From the NCBI GenBank assembly GCA_015063655.1, contig SVTU01000001.1:1-39516 (forward strand): a DNA stretch of 39,516 nt. The letters run 5' to 3'. The stretch comes from Oscillospiraceae bacterium. GTDB lineage: Bacteria > Bacillota > Clostridia > Oscillospirales > CAG-272. Positions 17,000 through 24,400 of the stretch are shown one piece after another. The notes under the pieces are model-generated. The model worked only from the letters and a program-made list of their open reading frames with translations. It ran no database searches and was not told the DNA's origin. Position numbers and translations under genes: made by a program. Every line of letters starts with the position of its first letter. The first letter of the stretch is position 1.

Positions 17000-17028
17000 A
17001 TTATACCAAATATTCCCGAGAAATACAA
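17000..17028 (-). promoter_or_regulatory. Sigma-A promoter (TTGTAT-N17-TATAAT) for the nagA block
   Basis: On the minus strand the -35 is at 17028-17023 and the -10 at 17005-17000. Confidence 0.55.
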
Positions 17029-17171
17029 GGGGTATTCCAAAAGAAAACGATCATTTCCCCTAAATAATTTTGAAAAAGCAAACAAATACAAAAGCCATCA
17101 ATACGGTATCAGCTTCAAAAGAAGGATAAAAACAGCCCAGAACGGAAAAGCGTGATGTTCTTAGCGGAGAA

Positions 17172-17247
17172 TTTGAAAATCCCACTAAGTGCGAGCATCG
17201 CATTTGACCGGTCAAATGCGATGCTCGCACTTAGTGGGATTTTCAAA
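17172..17247. repeat. Perfect 76-bp palindrome: two 38-bp arms, no spacer, no mismatch
   Basis: 17172-17209, TTTGAAAATCCCACTAAGTGCGAGCATCGCATTTGACC, is the exact reverse complement of 17210-17247. The flanking bases (17171 and 17248) do not pair. Confidence 0.95.
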
Positions 17248-17483
17248 AATGCAGGAATATCTCCTGTTATGGCTTCTCCAAAGTCATGGATCAAGCACAT
17301 CTTAATGACTTTATTTATATCCACATTCGGATATTCATCAGCACAGAGCATAGCCATTACGGTCAGTCTCCATGAATGCTCGGCAACAGACTCCTGTCTG
17401 CCACTTGACGTCCAAGAATGACGAGTATTACATTTCAATTATTCAATAACATTCAAAAATTCAATGTATTTCCTACATTCCAT
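17248..17483 (-). pseudogene. HD-domain phosphohydrolase (YfbR/HD_3-like) gene remnant
   Basis: AAAGAGG RBS plus ATG at 17483 gives MECRKYIEFLNVIE. An in-frame TAA follows (17441-17439), then LKCNTRHSWTSSGRQESVAEHSWRLTVMAMLCADEYPNVDINKVIKMCLIHDFGEAITGDIPAF. Similarity stops at the palindrome, and roughly the C-terminal half of the family is missing. Confidence 0.7.
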
Positions 17484-17575
17484 TTGATTACCTCTTTGAT
17501 TGCCAGTTTCGCCTTTGTATTACAAACGCGTCGGGCAAATCCCATACCCTAAAGATGCACAAGCGCATCCATAGG

Positions 17576-17618
17576 CTCTCCCTTTGGGAGAGCTCCCGCG
17601 ATAGCGGGTGAGAGGGCA
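17576..17618. repeat. Left inverted repeat flanking the DUF559 gene
   Basis: CTCTCCCTTTGGGAGAG-CTCCCGCGATAGCGGGT-GAGAGGGCA. It contains two hairpins and ends 1 nt before the DUF559 stop codon. Confidence 0.7.
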
Positions 17619-17619
17619 T

Positions 17620-17997
17620 TTACGACAAGATTTTGATTCTCTCATTGATTACTTTATCAATCGTGAAGCAAACACCTTCAAAGTTATCATCTACGTCTTT
17701 GTTGGAAAAACGCAAAACATAAATCCCATATCTTTCAAGAATTTCAGTTCTTGCCTCATCGTGCGCTTTACCTTGATTTGTATAATGCTGTGAACCATCA
17801 AGCTCTATTACAAGACGAGCACTATGACAATAAAAATCTGCAATAAAATCATCTATGATACGTTGCTTATATATCTTCACTGGATAATATCGCAAAAAAT
17901 CATACCATAAATGCTTTTCTTGTCGAGTCATATTACGGCGCAAAATTCTCGCAACACTTAACAATTTATTGTTTTTCTTTAATTGTTTTTGCTCCAT
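17620..17997 (-). CDS. DUF559 endonuclease-domain protein (Vsr / restriction-endonuclease-like fold)
   Basis: ARILRRNMTRQEKHLWYDFLR...FIADFYCHSARLVIELDGSQH...DEARTEILERYGIYVLRFSN is the typical DUF559 signature. The gene is AT-rich. Confidence 0.85.
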   Translation of the reverse strand: MEQKQLKKNNKLLSVARILRRNMTRQEKHLWYDFLRYYPVKIYKQRIIDDFIADFYCHSARLVIELDGSQHYTNQGKAHDEARTEILERYGIYVLRFSNKDVDDNFEGVCFTIDKVINERIKILS

Positions 17998-17999
17998 TT

Positions 18000-18044
18000 T
18001 GCCCTCTCCGTCAGCTTCGCCGCCACCTCTCCCAAAGGGCGAGG
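18000..18044. repeat. Right inverted repeat flanking the DUF559 gene
   Basis: Its reverse complement, CCTCGCCCTTTGGGAGAG-GTGGCGGCGAAGCTGACG-GAGAGGGCA, matches the left repeat at both ends (CCCTTTGGGAGAG and GAGAGGGCA). It supplies the GGAGAGGG RBS of the DUF559 gene. Confidence 0.7.
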
Positions 18045-18086
18045 TTTTCGTTATCTGTTCTATTATATGACGTATTACGTACGGCT

Positions 18087-18686
18087 TTATACGTCTCTGC
18101 GTCCCTCGATGGCACGGCCGAGCGTGATCTCGTCGGCATACTCCAAATCAGAGCCGACAGGCACGCCGTAGGCAAGCCTTGTGACCTTAACGCCCAGGGG
18201 CTTGAGATATTTGGAAATATACATGGCGGTAACCTCACCGTCGGGCGTGGGATTGGTGGCAATGATGACCTCACGCACGTCGTCTGTTCCCACTCGCTCG
18301 ATCAGCTCACGGAAACGGATCTTATCGGGGGTGATGCCGTTAACGGGAGAGATCACGCCCCCAAGGACATGATACACACCACGATATTCCCTCACCTTCT
18401 CAATGGACATGACTGCCTTGACGTCCTCCACCACGCAGATCAGTCCCCGATCGCGTGAAAGGTCGTTGCACACCGAGCAAACGTCCTTATCGGTCAGATT
18501 GCCGCACACAGGGCATGCATGCACCACCCGCTTGGCCTCCAGCATCACGTCGGCAAACTCCTGCACCACCTCGTCCTCCAAGGCAAGCACGGAAAAGGCC
18601 ATGCGCATGGCAGATTTCCGCCCCACGCCGGGGAGCTGTCCAAACTGCTCGGCAAGCCGCTGCAGCGATTCAATATATTCTGCCAT
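18087..18686 (-). CDS. recR: Recombination protein RecR
   Basis: LPGVGRKSAMRMAF HhH motif, C4 zinc finger CPVCGN..CSVC, and a Toprim domain. Confidence 0.95.
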   Translation of the reverse strand: MAEYIESLQRLAEQFGQLPGVGRKSAMRMAFSVLALEDEVVQEFADVMLEAKRVVHACPVCGNLTDKDVCSVCNDLSRDRGLICVVEDVKAVMSIEKVREYRGVYHVLGGVISPVNGITPDKIRFRELIERVGTDDVREVIIATNPTPDGEVTAMYISKYLKPLGVKVTRLAYGVPVGSDLEYADEITLGRAIEGRRDV

Positions 18687-19039
18687 CAGAACAGCCCCGG
18701 CATGCCCAAGCCCATGCTGCCCGTGATCTTCGACATTTCCTCGTTGTTGGTATCCTCAACACGCTTGATGGCCTCGTTGACAGCCGCCACCAAAATATCG
18801 GAAAGCGTTTCAATATCATCGGGGTCCACGATCTCGGGCTGAATGTCGATGGAAAGCACTTCCTTCTTTCCGTTGATCTTCACGCCAACAACACCGCCAC
18901 CTGCCGAGATTTCATATTCACGCTGCTCCAGCTCCTCCTGCAGAGCCGCCATATCCTCCTGCATCTTCTGTGCCTGGCGGAGCATGGCGCTCATATTCTG
19001 AGGGCCGCCGCCCATCGACTGCTTGTAATTTGCTTTCAT
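18686..19039 (-). CDS. ybaB: Nucleoid-associated protein YbaB/EbfC
   Basis: MLRQAQKMQEDM...GGGVV.VKINGKKEV typical family sequence. One-nt TGATG overlap with the recR start. Confidence 0.92.
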   Translation of the reverse strand: MKANYKQSMGGGPQNMSAMLRQAQKMQEDMAALQEELEQREYEISAGGGVVGVKINGKKEVLSIDIQPEIVDPDDIETLSDILVAAVNEAIKRVEDTNNEEMSKITGSMGLGMPGLF

Positions 19040-19081
19040 AGTCGTTCCTTTCCGTTAACCCTTTAGGCTTCTTTATGTTTT

Positions 19082-20680
19082 TTAATCCAATGCTAAATCG
19101 TCAAGATCGGTCTGCTCGTCCGCTCCCTGCTCTGCCACCTCAAGCACGATATCCCGCTCTCCTACGGTACGGCCAAGCCTTGAGGACAGGGCCGAGCAAA
19201 GCGCCGGGCGAAGCTGTGCTCGTTCGATCATATCAATGGGAAATTGTGCGCCGAAGCGAAGGCTGACACTGCCGTCAGACAACTCGTAGGCACGTCCCAT
19301 CTTCAAAAACGGAAGAACGGAGGCATTCCCCTCTGCTACCGTTTGTGCCAACTCGCTCCAACCGCGAATGAGCTTAGCAGAGCGCTCAGCGGGCCGAACC
19401 TCAGCTACGGTGTCTGCTTGCGTATTCTTGGCGGGGGTATGCGGGGGGGACGCAGGAGCAGGCTCGGTGCCGTCCTTTCTCTCGGGAACAACGGCTATTT
19501 TCTCTTCCCTCTCTGAGGTCACCGTCACACGCCCTGCGGCCAGTGCCGCTTCCAGCTTGGCTATACGTGACAGCATGGCATCGATTGCGGTATCCACACT
19601 GCTGTCGCACAGCTTGATCAGAGCCATTTCGGCCAATATCCGTTTATTAACGCCCGTTCTCTGCATAGTATTGAGTGTCTCATCCAGCACACGGCAATGG
19701 TGAAGCAACGTTTCCTTAGCAAAGAGAGAGGCGGATCTTGAAAGTCTTTCCGTCTCGCTGTCGGTGAGATCAAGATAGCGTGCGGCCTCTGCCGTGGTGC
19801 GATACACCAGCATATCCCGATAGTAGGAGATCAGCTCCTGCCAAAATACAGCGATATCCTTAGAGGAGGCACACACCTCACTCACAATGGAAAACAGAGC
19901 ATCGTAATCCTCGTTTGCAATGGCAAGGACGGTTCGGCAAACGCTTTCCGTTCCCGCAGAGCCTATGGTATCCTGCACGAGCGCAGGTGTGATGCGCTGT
20001 CTGTGTCCTGCGCAAAGCTCAAGAAGGCTGATGGCATCTCGCATACCGCCCTGTGCGTGCTTAGCTAGGATACGCAGTGCCTCATCCTCAACCTCGATGC
20101 TCTCCTCGTCGGCAATATAACGCAGTCTGTCCATCAGCGTTTGCGTGGAGATCCTGCGGAAATCAAAGCGTTGACAGCGTGACACGATGGTGGCGGGAAG
20201 CTTATGAAGCTCGGTAGTTGCCAAAACAAAAACGACGTGCGAGGGTGGCTCCTCCAGCGTCTTAAGCAGAGCGTTAAAGGCACTGCCGCTGAGCATATGC
20301 ACCTCGTCTACGATATACACACGGTAGCGGAGGGCCGAGGGAGTATATACGACCTCGTCTCGGATCTCACGGATATTCTCCACGCCGTTGTTGGACGCGG
20401 CGTCCATCTCCAACACGTCGGTTGCCGTTCCTGCATCGATGGCACGGCAGGACGCACAGACGTTGCACGGACTGCCGTCTACGGGTGACTCACAGTTGAC
20501 GGCCTTGGCCAGTATCTTGGCACAGGTGGTTTTTCCCGTACCGCGTGAGCCGCAGAACAGATAGGCATGCGAAAAGGTATGGTGTGCCGTTTCATATTTC
20601 AATATTGACGTAATATGCTCCTGTCCGCACACGTCCTCAAAGGTCTGCGGACGCCATTTGCGATATAAGGCTCTGTGCAT
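19082..20680 (-). CDS. dnaX: DNA polymerase III subunit gamma/tau
   Basis: ALYRKWRPQTFEDVCGQEH, Walker A GSRGTGKTT, a zinc module C..C..C..C, and a SRC motif. The AAGGAGG RBS supports the start at 20680 rather than the ORF-track 20797. Confidence 0.93.
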   Translation of the reverse strand: MHRALYRKWRPQTFEDVCGQEHITSILKYETAHHTFSHAYLFCGSRGTGKTTCAKILAKAVNCESPVDGSPCNVCASCRAIDAGTATDVLEMDAASNNGVENIREIRDEVVYTPSALRYRVYIVDEVHMLSGSAFNALLKTLEEPPSHVVFVLATTELHKLPATIVSRCQRFDFRRISTQTLMDRLRYIADEESIEVEDEALRILAKHAQGGMRDAISLLELCAGHRQRITPALVQDTIGSAGTESVCRTVLAIANEDYDALFSIVSEVCASSKDIAVFWQELISYYRDMLVYRTTAEAARYLDLTDSETERLSRSASLFAKETLLHHCRVLDETLNTMQRTGVNKRILAEMALIKLCDSSVDTAIDAMLSRIAKLEAALAAGRVTVTSEREEKIAVVPERKDGTEPAPASPPHTPAKNTQADTVAEVRPAERSAKLIRGWSELAQTVAEGNASVLPFLKMGRAYELSDGSVSLRFGAQFPIDMIERAQLRPALCSALSSRLGRTVGERDIVLEVAEQGADEQTDLDDLALD

Positions 20681-20704
20681 ACGATACCTCCTTGCGTAAA
20701 AACA

Positions 20705-21000
20705 GGCTGCAAAATAAGACCATACACCCTCAAATCGAATGTCACACCTGCGTGATCTTCGCATGCCTCGCTCAAAACAGGCAACCTCACGGCACATCGG
20801 GGTAACCGCTTAATGCTGCTTGGTTCCCCACCTGACATGGTTCACAGCTCCCAATTGCGCAAGACCCATTTCTCAACACGAAGCAAACGACTCAAGCCGC
20901 AAGTGCTCGACCCTCAAGGAGGGAATGAACCCCTGCTGTAGCGGATTTCAGGTACAGGGCTCCGCTAATTCCCCGGCTGGTATGGCCTTATTTCACAGCC
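20705..21000 (-). ncRNA. ffs: Signal recognition particle RNA, long Bacillus/Clostridium type with Alu domain
   Basis: The minus strand contains the domain IV core CAUGUCAGGUGGGGAACCAAGCAGCAUUAAGCGG and the Alu-domain block GCGGAGCCCUGUACCUGAAAUCCGCUACAGCAGGG. The terminal helix pairs GGCUGUGAAAUAAGGCCAUAC (21000-20980) with GUAUGGUCUUAUUUUGCAGCC (20725-20705). Conserved position upstream of dnaX. The ends are approximate. Confidence 0.88.
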
Positions 21001-21040
21001 TATGGCCGGTTCGGAGTTTGTTCTGTTCTCCGACGCTCCT

Positions 21041-21069
21041 ATTATACCACACTTTTTCCCCTTTTGCAA
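21041..21069 (-). promoter_or_regulatory. Sigma-A promoter with extended -10 (TTGCAA-N17-TGgTATAAT) for the SRP RNA
   Basis: On the minus strand the -35 is at 21069-21064 and the -10 at 21046-21041. Confidence 0.65.
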
Positions 21070-21092
21070 GAGGTTATCAAAAAAAATAAAAA

Positions 21093-21127
21093 GCAGGGTG
21101 ATAGTAGCACTGTCCCCTGCTTTTTAT
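21093..21127 (-). terminator. Bidirectional-looking terminator after the zinc-ribbon gene
   Basis: GCAGGG / CCCTGC stem flanked by an A-run on one side and a T-run on the other. Confidence 0.55.
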
Positions 21128-21139
21128 TTGAATACGCAA

Positions 21140-21466
21140 TTAGTCCTGACGGGCGTTTCTTCTTGCCTCGAAGCAAGCACTGCAATATACAGGTCTGTCC
21201 TCAGAGGGCTGGAAGATAACCTTAGCTACGCCGCCGCACTGTGCGCACGTGGTCTCGAAGTACTCTCTGGGAGCCTTGTTGGCGTTCTTCTTGGCATCAC
21301 GGCAAGCCTTGCAGCTCTTGGGCTTATTCAAAAATCCCTTTTCCTTATAGAACTGCTGTTCACCGGCGGTGAATACAAACTCGTTTCCGCACTCCTTGCA
21401 GACCAGAGTTTCATCCACAAACTCTACCTCGGTCTCCGCACCGACTTTTACTTCTTCTTCGTACAT
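21140..21466 (-). CDS. Double zinc-ribbon protein, 108 aa
   Basis: Two CxxC-x(16-19)-CxxC units: CKECGNEF...CKACRD and CAQCGG...CSACFE. A GAGGT RBS supports the start at MYEEEV (21466). Confidence 0.7.
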   Translation of the reverse strand: MYEEEVKVGAETEVEFVDETLVCKECGNEFVFTAGEQQFYKEKGFLNKPKSCKACRDAKKNANKAPREYFETTCAQCGGVAKVIFQPSEDRPVYCSACFEARRNARQD

Positions 21467-21564
21467 GATGTTACCTCGCTTTGCATAACATATTGATTTT
21501 TTGCCAAGGAAAACATCAGGTCGAACTGCGCCCTCCCAGGCTATCTGAACTGACAACGTCAGTA

Positions 21565-22158
21565 TCATTCCGATTGTCGAAGCAAGGCTCGAAGCTTTTG
21601 GCGGATCCTGTAAATTGCGTTACCGACCGACCTCTCATCCTTCCCGACCGCCCGTGCGACATCCTTTGCCGTCATACCTGACACGTACAGCCGCCAAACA
21701 CGGTATTCAAAGGGGGAGAGATGCTTGCGTATCACCGCATACAGCTCTCGCAACCGCTCCTCCTCCAACACACCCACCGCAGGGTCGTTTTCCTCAAGAA
21801 CGGCGCTTCTTGATTCCATACCGTCAAGGCTCTCCTCCACCCTTCTGCGACGGATGAGCCGAAGCTGTGACACCAAAGCATTGGTCACGCAGATCTTGGC
21901 ATACAAGCCAAACTCCACCTCACTCTGCTCCATGTCATAGTTCAGTATGGCATGATAAAACACGAGGGTTGCTTCCTGACGGAGATCCTGCTGCTCCTCG
22001 GGAAGCAGCTCTTGCGAAAAACGACGCACGGAAGCCTCCAGCAACGGGCGATAAAGGGCCAGCATCTGTGAAAAGGCCTGCTCGTCCCCGCCTCGCACCT
22101 GCTCGATCAAGTGCGCCTTGTCGGGACATTCCTCTTCTCTTTTTGCTTGTTCCTTCAT
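21565..22158 (-). CDS. Sigma-70 family RNA polymerase sigma factor, SigH-like architecture (regions 2 and 4)
   Basis: Region 2 (LIEQVRGGDEQAFSQMLALYRPLL...DLRQEATLVFYHAILNYD). Region 4 HTH (LSPFEYRVWRLYVSGMTAKDVARAVGKDERSVGNAIYRIRQKL). Confidence 0.82.
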   Translation of the reverse strand: MKEQAKREEECPDKAHLIEQVRGGDEQAFSQMLALYRPLLEASVRRFSQELLPEEQQDLRQEATLVFYHAILNYDMEQSEVEFGLYAKICVTNALVSQLRLIRRRRVEESLDGMESRSAVLEENDPAVGVLEEERLRELYAVIRKHLSPFEYRVWRLYVSGMTAKDVARAVGKDERSVGNAIYRIRQKLRALLRQSE

Positions 22159-22225
22159 GTTATCTCCATCCGATATTGGTGCGGAAAGTTCATTTTTTCC
22201 ATACGTTCACCAATTCTTATCTTTC

Positions 22226-22253
22226 ATTATACCATTATTTTACACTTTGTCAA
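22226..22253 (-). promoter_or_regulatory. Sigma-A promoter (TTGACA-N16-TGgTATAAT) for the sigma-factor gene
   Basis: On the minus strand the -35 is at 22253-22248 and the -10 at 22231-22226. Confidence 0.6.
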
Positions 22254-22394
22254 TAGGTATTTAGAAATATTTTTCATAAAAAACAATTTATTTGTTTCTG
22301 TTTTGTGCAAATTGACTAAATGCAATATCCTTTTTTTGGTAATTTGGAAATACAACCCAGTAAATTGTCAAGAGCAGTGACCCAAAAGCTCCAC

Positions 22395-22940
22395 TCAATC
22401 AAACAAATAATTCACGTTGCCCGCCATCAAGGCCACCGCTCCTCGGTAGATGACCTCGGGACGCTCGTAAAAATTCTCTTTCATGCGCTTGGCTCGGTCA
22501 AACGTATCCACCACCAGCTCCTGGCGGTACATGCACACACCGCCCTCAAGGAAGGTGGCGCACAGAAGGTATCGCCCGTCATCCATTTTTTCCACCGAGC
22601 AATGCGGCGTCACGCCCCGCTTTTTGAAATCCAGGTAACGCAGAGCCTGCGCCATACTTTGGTCAAGCACCGTGGACAGCAGATCGCTCTTCAGCTCCTG
22701 CGCCACGCACATCCCCTTATCCGTCACCTCATACAGCTCCTCGTCATCCTTCACGAGCTTGCGAAGCAGTCCCCCATCCAGCATTTCGTTGAAGGCGACT
22801 GCAAAGTCAAGATACATGACGTAATCCGTCTGCATAACGATATCGTTGATGGTAACGTAATCCAAGGGGTAATGGATGTTCTCCATAAGGTAGAGAACAA
22901 ATATCTTTACGTTATTCATATTTCCGATCGGTGATGCCAT
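22395..22940 (-). CDS. DUF4364-family protein (putative winged-helix regulator)
   Basis: VKIFVLYLMENIHYPLDYVTINDIV... matches my recollection of DUF4364. The GGAGAGG RBS favours the start at 22940 (the ORF track extends to 23021). Confidence 0.6.
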   Translation of the reverse strand: MASPIGNMNNVKIFVLYLMENIHYPLDYVTINDIVMQTDYVMYLDFAVAFNEMLDGGLLRKLVKDDEELYEVTDKGMCVAQELKSDLLSTVLDQSMAQALRYLDFKKRGVTPHCSVEKMDDGRYLLCATFLEGGVCMYRQELVVDTFDRAKRMKENFYERPEVIYRGAVALMAGNVNYLFD

Positions 22941-23028
22941 AACCATACCTCTCCTGTGGGCAAAAATAAGGGGTAAACCCGTGTTTGCCATTATTTTACC
23001 ACATTTGAAAATTTTTTTCAATATTTAT

Positions 23029-23057
23029 TTGCATTTTGGCACAAAATATGATATGAT
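23029..23057 (+). promoter_or_regulatory. Sigma-A promoter (TTGCAT-N17-TGaTATGAT) for hom
   Basis: -35 at 23029-23034 and -10 at 23052-23057. Confidence 0.5.
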
Positions 23058-23121
23058 ATAAGGTATGAAGGCGGGCAGAGATCTTGCCCACCCCCTACAA
23101 CCAGGAAAGGAACCGTCCAAT

Positions 23122-24324
23122 ATGATCAAAATTGCCATTCTCGGCTTCGGCGTAGTCGGCAGCGGCACAGCCGAGGTACTGACAGAAAATAAGCGAGTGA
23201 TCGAGGAGCGCCTCGGTTGCTCTTACAGCATCAAGTATATTCTTGACCTTCGTGATTTCCCCGACAGTCCATTTGGCGACCTTGTCGTTCACGATTTCAA
23301 CACCATTCTGAATGACCCCGAGGTCAGCATCGTTGCCGAAATGATGGGCGGCTCGCATCCCGCCTACGATTTCTCCCGTGCTTGCCTGGAGGCAGGCAAG
23401 AGCGTGGTGACCTCCAACAAGGAGGTCGTATCCAATTTTGGCGTAGAGCTTTGCCGCATCGCCGCCGAGCACGGCGTGCGCTATCTCTTTGAGGCGAGCG
23501 TTGGCGGCGGCATCCCCGTCATCCGCCCCATGATCAACGATCTGGCATCCAACCGTGTGCGTACCGTCAACGGCATTCTCAACGGTACCACCAACTATAT
23601 CCTCACCCAAATGCGTGACTGCGGCTCAAGCTTTGCCGAGTCGCTCTCCGAGGCGCAGAAGCTTGGCTATGCCGAGGCCAACCCTGCCGCTGACGTAGAG
23701 GGCATCGATGCGGCAAGAAAGATCGTCATCCTGGCCGCTCTTGCCTCGGGCAAGCTCCTAAGCCCCAAGAGCATTCACACCGAGGGCATCACCAACATCA
23801 CCCTCTTGGATACGGCCGTTGCCGATGCACTGGGCTATACCATCAAGCTGATCGGACATGCCGAGGTGTATGATGACGGCGTGATGGCGATGGTCTCTCC
23901 TCGCATGGTGACCAAGGCCAATCCCCTTGCCAACATTGACGGCGTGTTCAACGGCATTCTCATCACCGCCAACATGGTGGGTGATGTGATGTTTTACGGC
24001 CCGGGTGCGGGCAAGCTTCCCACCGCGAGCGCCGTTGTTGCCGATATTATCGATATCATTGCCAACCGTGACAAGGCCGTCAAGCCCATCGCTTGGGAGG
24101 ATGCCAAGGCTGAAGATATCAAGAGCTTTGACGATTACGTCTGCCGCCGTGTCCTGATCTGCCAAAGCGCCCCTGCCCTGCCCAACGATGTCAAGGTCTT
24201 GAAGTCTTGCGAGGTAAACGGGGCTGTGGCCGTTGTCATCGACACCGTCAGCGAGGCTCGCACATCACAGCTTCTCGCCGCTCTTGGCGACACCGTGATC
24301 GCCACCTACCGCACACTGGCTTAA
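23122..24324 (+). CDS. hom: Homoserine dehydrogenase with C-terminal ACT domain
   Basis: MIKIAILGFGVVGSG NAD-binding motif plus catalytic-domain blocks (NGTTNYIL, EADP-like AEANPAADVEG). Confidence 0.9.
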   Translation: MIKIAILGFGVVGSGTAEVLTENKRVIEERLGCSYSIKYILDLRDFPDSPFGDLVVHDFNTILNDPEVSIVAEMMGGSHPAYDFSRACLEAGKSVVTSNKEVVSNFGVELCRIAAEHGVRYLFEASVGGGIPVIRPMINDLASNRVRTVNGILNGTTNYILTQMRDCGSSFAESLSEAQKLGYAEANPAADVEGIDAARKIVILAALASGKLLSPKSIHTEGITNITLLDTAVADALGYTIKLIGHAEVYDDGVMAMVSPRMVTKANPLANIDGVFNGILITANMVGDVMFYGPGAGKLPTASAVVADIIDIIANRDKAVKPIAWEDAKAEDIKSFDDYVCRRVLICQSAPALPNDVKVLKSCEVNGAVAVVIDTVSEARTSQLLAALGDTVIATYRTLA

Positions 24325-24343
24325 TCGTAACTGTATGTGAAAA

Positions 24344-24390
24344 AGAAAAGCGTTTCGCCGAGCTTCGGCGAAACGCTTTTCTTTTTCTTC
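24344..24390. terminator. Bidirectional intrinsic terminator between hom and the GH gene
   Basis: AGAAAAGCGTTTCGCCGA / TCGGCGAAACGCTTTTCT stem flanked by an A-run and a T-run. Confidence 0.85.
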
Positions 24391-24400
24391 AAAGGCACGC

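Noticed and set aside
17152-17421. An 89-aa plus-strand ORF that shares a peptide with the minus-strand ORF 17115-17438.
   Set aside because: The shared peptide is a mathematical consequence of the perfect palindrome. The rest of the ORF is antisense to the HD-domain remnant.
19082-20797. An N-terminal 39-aa extension of dnaX in the ORF track.
   Set aside because: The extension overlaps the 3' end of the SRP RNA. The conserved DnaX N-terminus starts at the ATG at 20680, which has an AAGGAGG RBS.
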